A DNA stretch of 24,000 bases from Fidelibacterota bacterium (GTDB lineage: Bacteria; Fidelibacterota; Marinisomatia; Marinisomatales; UBA1611), in the NCBI GenBank assembly GCA_002718655.1, contig PBFM01000008.1:10778-34777 (forward strand). The letters are read 5' to 3'. The position numbers were made by a program, and so were the translations under genes. A model generated the notes under the pieces. That model saw only the letters and a list, made by a program, of their open reading frames with translations. It was not told where the DNA came from and made no database searches. Every line of letters begins with the position of its first letter. The stretch's first letter is position 1. Positions 18,342-24,000 of the stretch are shown in pieces.

Positions 18342-18376
18342 ACAGGTGCGCCTTAAAACTTTTTTGGCGCACCTGT
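18342..18376 (+). terminator. Probable intrinsic terminator or stabilising hairpin after the small-ORF pair
   Basis: Perfect 11-bp GC-rich stem ACAGGTGCGCC (18342-18352) / GGCGCACCTGT (18366-18376) with a 13-nt loop, starting 18 nt after the stop. It is the most GC-rich structure in an AT-rich window. Caveat: the downstream tract is TATAAAAATAT rather than a clean T-run, and the only T-run lies in the loop. Confidence 0.6.
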
Positions 18377-18456
18377 TATAAAAATATATTAATAAATTTA
18401 TAGTTCCATATATTTCCCGAACCAGGGCACGGTATTTTTAAAATAATTATATAAAA

Positions 18457-19923
18457 ATGCGCACAAAGATATTTATTATCTTTTTCATAAACTTTCTTTA
18501 TGGTGAAATCCATGTGTTTAATAGAAGCGCTGGAACAGAAACTGAAATAAGAACCCTTCCCAATGTAAAATCATTATATATATCATCAAAAGATTTAGCC
18601 AAATCGTTTACTTCAAAAATTTATGAAAACAAAGATAGAGGGAAACTTGTACTATATATTTCTGGTAAAAAAATTAAAATTTCTGGGAACAGCAGCTATG
18701 TTTTAATAGATGATACTGCATATCAAATGCAACAAAGTGCAATATTGATACTAAATGATATATATATACCCGCTGAAAACTTTTTTCAAATATTAAAAGT
18801 AACCATATTACCTGGTCTGAATTTTGATTCCAAAAAAGAATTGTTAGAAGTGGATGTTGTTAGATTTAACATAACAGATATTAGTATTGAAGTTAAGGCA
18901 AACGGAACCATAATTCGTTTAGGTACAAAAAAACCATTTTCTGAAAGAAACATAAGCTCCTTCATCAATAAGCATCAGTGGTATTATTTAACAATTGCGG
19001 GAGCATCAATAGACACAACAAAAATAAATAACGGATTAACTAGAGGTGTCATAAGACAAATAGAATCAGATCAGATTGGAAAAACTGCGCAAGTAGCATT
19101 TAAGCTTGGCACAAAGGTCATAAGTCATGATTGGTATCAAAGTTTAGACCCAAATGAGATTATCATTACACTGAGAACACCGTTAACCAAGATTGATGAC
19201 CACATTGAAGACGTCAAAGAGAAATGGAGATTAGACGTTGTTGTTTTAGATGCAGGACACGGGGGCAAAGATCCAGGTGCAATAGGAAAATATGGTACTA
19301 TGGAAAAAGATGTAGTGCTAGACATAACTAAACGGGCAGGAAGTCTTTTAGAAAAATCTGGTATCAAGGTTATTTATACAAGAGAGGAGGATGTATTTGT
19401 CCCGCTGTTGAATAGGACTAAAATGGCCAACGAAGCGAATGGAAAATTATTTGTTAGTATTCATGCTAATGCCAATAAAAATAGAAAAATTCAAGGATTC
19501 GAAACTTTTTTATTAAGACCTGGTAAAAGTGAGGATGCTATAGAGGTCGCATCAAGAGAGAATTCTGTAATTAGTTTAGAAGAATTTACAGATCAATATG
19601 CAGATCTTACTGGAGAGGCATTGATTATGGCAACCATGGCCCAAACTATGTTTATGAAAGAGAGCGAAGATCTTGCCGCAATCATTCAAATGGAATTAGA
19701 TAAAAGATTGAATTCACCTAACCGAGGTGTTAAACAAGCAGGGTTCTATGTTTTAATTGGCGCATCAATGCCAAATGCATTAGTAGAAGTTGGTTTTATT
19801 TCGAATCCCGCAGAGGAGAAAAGACTCAAACAATCCAGTCATAAACAGAAAATTGCAGAAGGTATCTTTGAGGCCGTAAAGCATTTTAAACTTTCAAGAG
19901 AAAAATTTTTGGTTTCAGAGTAA
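18457..19923 (+). CDS. N-acetylmuramoyl-L-alanine amidase (Amidase_3, AmiC-like) with N-terminal accessory and AMIN-like domains
   Basis: C-terminal catalytic domain motifs VVVLDAGHGGKDPGAIG, FVSIHANA and GFYVLIGASMPNALVEVGFISN. Hydrophobic N-terminal signal. The middle region (ITDISIEVKANGTIIRLGTKKPF ... YYLTIAG) resembles an AMIN domain. Confidence 0.9.
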   Translation: MRTKIFIIFFINFLYGEIHVFNRSAGTETEIRTLPNVKSLYISSKDLAKSFTSKIYENKDRGKLVLYISGKKIKISGNSSYVLIDDTAYQMQQSAILILNDIYIPAENFFQILKVTILPGLNFDSKKELLEVDVVRFNITDISIEVKANGTIIRLGTKKPFSERNISSFINKHQWYYLTIAGASIDTTKINNGLTRGVIRQIESDQIGKTAQVAFKLGTKVISHDWYQSLDPNEIIITLRTPLTKIDDHIEDVKEKWRLDVVVLDAGHGGKDPGAIGKYGTMEKDVVLDITKRAGSLLEKSGIKVIYTREEDVFVPLLNRTKMANEANGKLFVSIHANANKNRKIQGFETFLLRPGKSEDAIEVASRENSVISLEEFTDQYADLTGEALIMATMAQTMFMKESEDLAAIIQMELDKRLNSPNRGVKQAGFYVLIGASMPNALVEVGFISNPAEEKRLKQSSHKQKIAEGIFEAVKHFKLSREKFLVSE

Positions 19924-20735
19924 TGAGTAATGACAGACCTATAGGAGTATTTGATTCAGGGATAGGTGGGCTTACTGTGGTTAATTCATTAATGAAAATA
20001 ATGCCCAATGAATCAATTTATTATGTTGGTGATACAGCTCGAGTGCCTTATGGAAATAAAAGTAAAAATAGAATCAAGCAATATTCAGAAGAAATTGTAA
20101 AATGGTTGATTGATAAAAATTGTAAAATGATTGTAATTGCTTGTAATACTGCATCAGCCATAGCAATCGACCATTTAAAATCTACATTTAAAATACCAGT
20201 AATTGGCGTAATTCAACCAGGAGCAAAAAAGGCAATTTCCATTACAAAAAATAATTCAATAGGCGTTTTAGGAACACAGGCGACTATTGAATCAAACGCT
20301 TATGCAGATATTTTGAAATCATTGAATCCAAGCTTAAACATAGTTAGTAAAGCTTGTCCATTATTTGTCCCATTAGTAGAAGAAGGACTTGTCAGTGGTG
20401 AAATACCTGCAAAAATTGCAGACCAATATTTGAAAAAATTAACCCGAACCGAAATAGATACTGTAATACTTGGATGCACTCATTATCCAATTCTCAAAGA
20501 AATCATATCTAAAGCTTTAGGTGACTATGTTAAACTAGTTGATTCAGGAAAAGCAACGTCTGTTTCTGTAAAAAGAAAACTCCAAAAATTGGGATTACAT
20601 TCAAAAAAAAATTCAGGCGAACTAGAAGTTTTTGTAACTGATTCAAAAAATGCATTTAATAAGATTGTTAAAAAATCATTGGGTTTGAATCTCCACTTAG
20701 AAATAAAATCAATTAGTCGCATTGATATCCTCTAG
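19923..20735 (+). CDS. murI: Glutamate racemase
   Basis: IGVFDSGIGGLTV plus the catalytic Cys motifs IACNTAS and LGCTHYP. TAATG 1-nt overlap with the amidase stop. Confidence 0.93.
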   Translation: MSNDRPIGVFDSGIGGLTVVNSLMKIMPNESIYYVGDTARVPYGNKSKNRIKQYSEEIVKWLIDKNCKMIVIACNTASAIAIDHLKSTFKIPVIGVIQPGAKKAISITKNNSIGVLGTQATIESNAYADILKSLNPSLNIVSKACPLFVPLVEEGLVSGEIPAKIADQYLKKLTRTEIDTVILGCTHYPILKEIISKALGDYVKLVDSGKATSVSVKRKLQKLGLHSKKNSGELEVFVTDSKNAFNKIVKKSLGLNLHLEIKSISRIDIL

Positions 20736-21984
20736 AATTTCAAATAAATTAAAATCGCTTTATTCCCTCGAGAGGCATGGAATAAAAATGGGTCTCGAGC
20801 ATACAGACCAGTTACTGAATTATATTAATAATCCCCACCAAAAACTAACCTTTATACATATTGCCGGTACAAATGGTAAAGGTTCGACGGCAGCGCATTT
20901 AAACTCGATATTGCAGGAATGTGATTATAAGGTTGGCCTTTATACATCCCCTCATCTCGTAAGTTTTAATGAGCGCATTCGAATTAATGGTGAACCAGTA
21001 AATAATGATTATATAATATCATTTCTTGATTCCATACAGGAGAAAATAAACACATTAGAATCAACTTTTTTTGAGGTAACTACAGCGATGGCATTCAATT
21101 ACTTTTATGCAAATGATGTTGATATTGCTATTGTGGAAACTGGTTTAGGAGGACGACTTGATTCAACCAACGTTATTAAACCTGCTTTAACAATTATGAC
21201 AACTATATCTATGGATCATATGGACATATTGGGGAACAACATAGTTGAAATTGCTAAAGAAAAAGCAGGTATCATAAAAAGGAACATTCCATTGGTTACT
21301 ACTAATCAGAAGAAAAATGTATTAAATGTTTTAAAAAATACTGCAAAATTTAAAAATGCTTCGATTCGAATATCTGAAAAGCCTTTAAATGTAAAAGTTA
21401 ACAAAGAAGGAACAGCTTTTAATATTTTTAATAATGATTTTTTCACACCAATGCTTGGTATGCATCAAGCTGAAAATGCTTCCTTGGCGATTACATCATT
21501 AAAGCATTTTAAAAAAAATATAACAAATGAAACTATTGCAAAAGGGTTATTAAACGTATATTGGCCAGGGAGATTACAAGTTATTGCGAAAAACATCTAT
21601 TATGATGTTGCTCATAATGAACAAAGTATTAGATCGGTATTAAAAAATCTTACTCTTCTTTTTCCAAACAAAAATATATTAGGCCTTTTTTGTATTAAGA
21701 GCGATAAAGAATTATTCCAAGCTGGATATGAAATGAAAAACAAATTTAAAACTTTATTTGTTACCACCAGCAAAACTGGTTTGCTAATGGAAACCAAAAA
21801 ATTATCGAAAAAATTAAATGAAATAGGTATTGATAATAAACCAATAAAATGTATTGGAAGTGGCATCAGAAAAATCAAGAAGTTAATTACTAAAAATGAT
21901 ATTGGACTTGTTTTTGGGAGTCATTACATAGCAGAAGAGTTGTTTTATGAGGTTGAAATATCTTTTGACACAGGAATAATTTAA
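20722..21984 (+). CDS. folC: Bifunctional folylpolyglutamate synthase / dihydrofolate synthase (Mur ligase family)
   Basis: P-loop HIAGTNGKGST, YTSPHLVSFNERIRING and TGLGGRLDSTNV. The TTG start at 20722 overlaps murI by 14 nt. The conserved N-terminal L..LE..GIKMGLE region requires a start near this point. Confidence 0.9.
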   Translation: MISSRISNKLKSLYSLERHGIKMGLEHTDQLLNYINNPHQKLTFIHIAGTNGKGSTAAHLNSILQECDYKVGLYTSPHLVSFNERIRINGEPVNNDYIISFLDSIQEKINTLESTFFEVTTAMAFNYFYANDVDIAIVETGLGGRLDSTNVIKPALTIMTTISMDHMDILGNNIVEIAKEKAGIIKRNIPLVTTNQKKNVLNVLKNTAKFKNASIRISEKPLNVKVNKEGTAFNIFNNDFFTPMLGMHQAENASLAITSLKHFKKNITNETIAKGLLNVYWPGRLQVIAKNIYYDVAHNEQSIRSVLKNLTLLFPNKNILGLFCIKSDKELFQAGYEMKNKFKTLFVTTSKTGLLMETKKLSKKLNEIGIDNKPIKCIGSGIRKIKKLITKNDIGLVFGSHYIAEELFYEVEISFDTGII

Positions 21985-22006
21985 TGTAATTTCACTCTAC
22001 CCTAGT

Positions 22007-22034
22007 GTACCCGCGGGGTGTTTAAATTTATTTT
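22007..22034 (+). terminator. Possible weak terminator of folC, or an element of the rho leader
   Basis: Short GC hairpin ACCC-GCG-GGGT (22009-22019), embedded in the palindrome CCCGCGGG at 22010-22017, followed by TTTAAATTTATTTT. The stem is only 4-6 bp, so support is weak. Confidence 0.3.
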
Positions 22035-22063
22035 CCGTAAAATTTACGAAGAGTATATAACAA

Positions 22064-23314
22064 ATGAATCTCAACGAATTACAATCATTAAACATAAGAG
22101 AGTTGACTGAATTAGCGCAAAAGTTAAAATTTGAAGGAGGTGTCGCAGGCTTAAACAAGCAAGAGTTAATAGTAAAAATACTAGAGGCCCAATCAAAAAA
22201 AGATGATGCATTTACTGCACGTGGTATTTTAGAAGTGATGCAGGATGGATATGGCTTTCTGCGTTCACCAGATTATAATTATATGCCAGGGCCTGATGAT
22301 ATTTACGTTAGTCCATCACAAATTAAACGGTTTGGCATGAAAACTGGACATTTAATATCAGGACAGATTAGACCACCTAAATCAAAAGAACGTTTCTATG
22401 CTTTATTAAAAGTTGAAAAAGTAAATGATCAACCAATAGAGAAGCTGAAAGATATAATTCTATTTGATAACTTTACTCCCTTGTACCCTGAGGATAAATT
22501 TAATCTAGAAACAAAGTCCTCAGATTTATCTATGCGAATTATGGATTTAATTTCTCCTATTGGGAAAGGCCAAAGGGGCCTTATTGTAGCTCAGCCTAAA
22601 ACTGGGAAAACAATATTGCTTCAAAAATTAGCTAACGCAATTAGTGACAACCATCCCGAAACAAAAAGAATTGTACTATTAATAGATGAACGCCCAGAAG
22701 AAGTAACTGATATGAAAAGAAATGTTAACGCTGAAGTAATTAGTTCCACATTTGATGAACCTCCAGAAAGGCATGTTTCAGTTGCAGATATGGTATTGCA
22801 AAAAGCAAAGCGAATGGTAGAATATGGGGATGATGTTGTAATTTTGCTTGACAGCATTACACGTTTAGCAAGAGCACATAATGCTGTAATACCACATAGT
22901 GGTAAAATATTATCAGGTGGTGTTGATTTTAATGCATTAAAAAAACCTAAACAGTTTTTTGGTGCTGCAAGGAATACTGAAGAAGGAGGAAGTTTAACCA
23001 TTGTATCTACTGCTCTTATTGAAACAGGTAGTAGAGCTGATGAAGTAATCTTTGAAGAATTTAAAGGTACAGGCAATATGGAGCTAGCATTAGATAGAAG
23101 GTTAAGCGATAGAAGGATATATCCAGCTTTTGATATAATACGATCAGGTACGCGAAAAGAAGAACTACTTCTTAGTCGTAAAGAATTAGGACGGATGTGG
23201 ATTTTGCGCAAACTTCTAAATGATATGAAAGTAGAAGAAGCTATGGAGTTTGTGCAAGATAGGATGAAAAGAACAAAAAATAATGAAGAATTTCTCAATA
23301 CCATGAGCCAATAA
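22064..23314 (+). CDS. rho: Transcription termination factor Rho
   Basis: 416 aa. N-terminal [12 protein letters not shown] (Rho_N), RNA-binding GYGFLR, Walker [32 protein letters not shown], and [16 protein letters not shown]. No long N-terminal insertion. Confidence 0.97.
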   Translation: MNLNELQSLNIRELTELAQKLKFEGGVAGLNKQELIVKILEAQSKKDDAFTARGILEVMQDGYGFLRSPDYNYMPGPDDIYVSPSQIKRFGMKTGHLISGQIRPPKSKERFYALLKVEKVNDQPIEKLKDIILFDNFTPLYPEDKFNLETKSSDLSMRIMDLISPIGKGQRGLIVAQPKTGKTILLQKLANAISDNHPETKRIVLLIDERPEEVTDMKRNVNAEVISSTFDEPPERHVSVADMVLQKAKRMVEYGDDVVILLDSITRLARAHNAVIPHSGKILSGGVDFNALKKPKQFFGAARNTEEGGSLTIVSTALIETGSRADEVIFEEFKGTGNMELALDRRLSDRRIYPAFDIIRSGTRKEELLLSRKELGRMWILRKLLNDMKVEEAMEFVQDRMKRTKNNEEFLNTMSQ

Positions 23315-23341
23315 AACACCTGATATTATTTATAATTTATA

Positions 23342-24000
23342 ATGAGTGATAGTTTTCCTGATATAAAATCAGTTGTAGTTAGAGTTATCACGAATAAACC
23401 TGTTCGTAAGACTCCCTACCAAGTAAAAGGGGTCTTTATGCGTCAGTTTTCTAAAGAACCAATTATTCCATTTTTGGACGGGTCATATCGTAATCGATTT
23501 CTTTATCCTAGAGTTCAAGTGAAAATATTAAATGAGCAAATCTATCTTGTTGGCATAAATGAGGGTGTTGATCCCATTATAAATATCTGTAAAAATCTAA
23601 CTGCCTTAAATTTTGGAAATATCACATTTGAAGTTCAGGACTGTGAAATAGATAGTATTTCTGAACAATTTATCCCTTGTGATAGCTTTGTCTGTTACAG
23701 CTTTATAACTCCTTGGATTGCATTAAACCATATGACAAATGGGAAATATCAATCGTTAACAAATGAAGAAAAACCATCATATTTAAACAAGTTAATAGGT
23801 CAGAATATTATTTTTTTAGCGTCAGAGGTTGGAATCAATTTAAAGCAAGAAATATTGGTAAAAATAAAGCCTTTAAGACTGACTCCTGATTCTGTTGATG
23901 AACATCGATGGGGAGCTTTCAGTGGGGCATTTAAAACTAATTTTTCCTTACCAAGTTTTATCGGTATTGGGAATGGTATTACTAGAGGTTTTGGTACAAT
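23342..24000 (+). CDS. Partial ORF (219 codons, 3' end outside the window): RAMP-superfamily, Cas6-like protein
   Basis: Not in the ORF track because it is truncated. My translation from the ATG at 23342 is MSDSFPDIKSVVVRVITNKPVRKTPYQVKGVFMRQFSKEPIIPFLDGSYRNRFLYPRVQVKILNEQIYLVGINEG...HRWGAFSGAFKTNFSLPSFIGIGNGITRGFGT, with no stop up to 24000. The terminal GIGNGITRGFG fits the Cas6/RAMP glycine-rich loop G-h-G-x5-G-h-G, with an Arg in the x5 segment, at the expected distance of about 210 aa from the N-terminus. The YPRVQVK...LVGINEG segment resembles the first-RRM region of some Cas6 families. Confidence 0.5.
   Translation, partial: MSDSFPDIKSVVVRVITNKPVRKTPYQVKGVFMRQFSKEPIIPFLDGSYRNRFLYPRVQVKILNEQIYLVGINEGVDPIINICKNLTALNFGNITFEVQDCEIDSISEQFIPCDSFVCYSFITPWIALNHMTNGKYQSLTNEEKPSYLNKLIGQNIIFLASEVGINLKQEILVKIKPLRLTPDSVDEHRWGAFSGAFKTNFSLPSFIGIGNGITRGFGT

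Noticed and set aside
18339-18344. Perfect TTGACA -35-like hexamer
   Set aside because: It overlaps the left arm of the GC-rich hairpin right after the small ORFs, and I could not find an appropriately spaced -10 box. It is most likely coincidental.
22621-23319. 232-aa ORF antisense to rho
   Set aside because: It lies entirely within the very well supported rho CDS on the opposite strand. The low-complexity Ser/Leu-rich translation is typical of a shadow ORF in AT-rich DNA.
1-24000. CRISPR arrays, mobile elements, rRNA or tRNA genes, and prophage or defence islands
   Set aside because: By eye I found no regularly spaced direct repeats, no transposase/integrase/recombinase-like ORFs and no terminal inverted repeats. 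Essentially all sequence is accounted for by the protein genes listed.

Overview
AT-rich bacterial chromosomal segment, almost fully coding. I support about 26 protein genes and see no rRNA, tRNA, CRISPR array, transposase or integrase. Taxon cannot be assigned from sequence alone.

Gene layout:
- Minus-strand run (1-5405): partial membrane protein, lipocalin-like secreted protein, DUF3108-like protein, a membrane GT2 with a QxxRW motif, mgtE, a CPBP protease and a SpoU/TrmH methyltransferase.
- Plus-strand run (5525-10239): proS (archaeal/eukaryote-like type), recO, a rhomboid protease and a motA/motB-type stator pair.
- Convergent eno-ftsB pair (10248-11890).
- Translationally coupled glycan cluster (12003-17655): FemAB-like transferase, Wzx-like flippase, GT4, a GT-B-like protein and a GT9.
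- Two tandem paralogous small membrane proteins (17839-18324) with their own strong ribosome-binding sites and a GC-rich hairpin.
- Coupled amidase-murI-folC unit, then rho, then a partial ORF running off the 3' edge.

Most of the window is ordinary housekeeping. Three items are worth a second look:
1. The uncharacterised pair of small two-TM paralogs, which carry expression signals that nearly all neighbours lack.
2. The edge-truncated ORF after rho, which has a perfect RAMP/Cas6 glycine-rich loop but no CRISPR context visible in the window.
3. The stator pair, which has no flagellar genes nearby.

All functional calls rest on motif recognition by eye. No database search was run.
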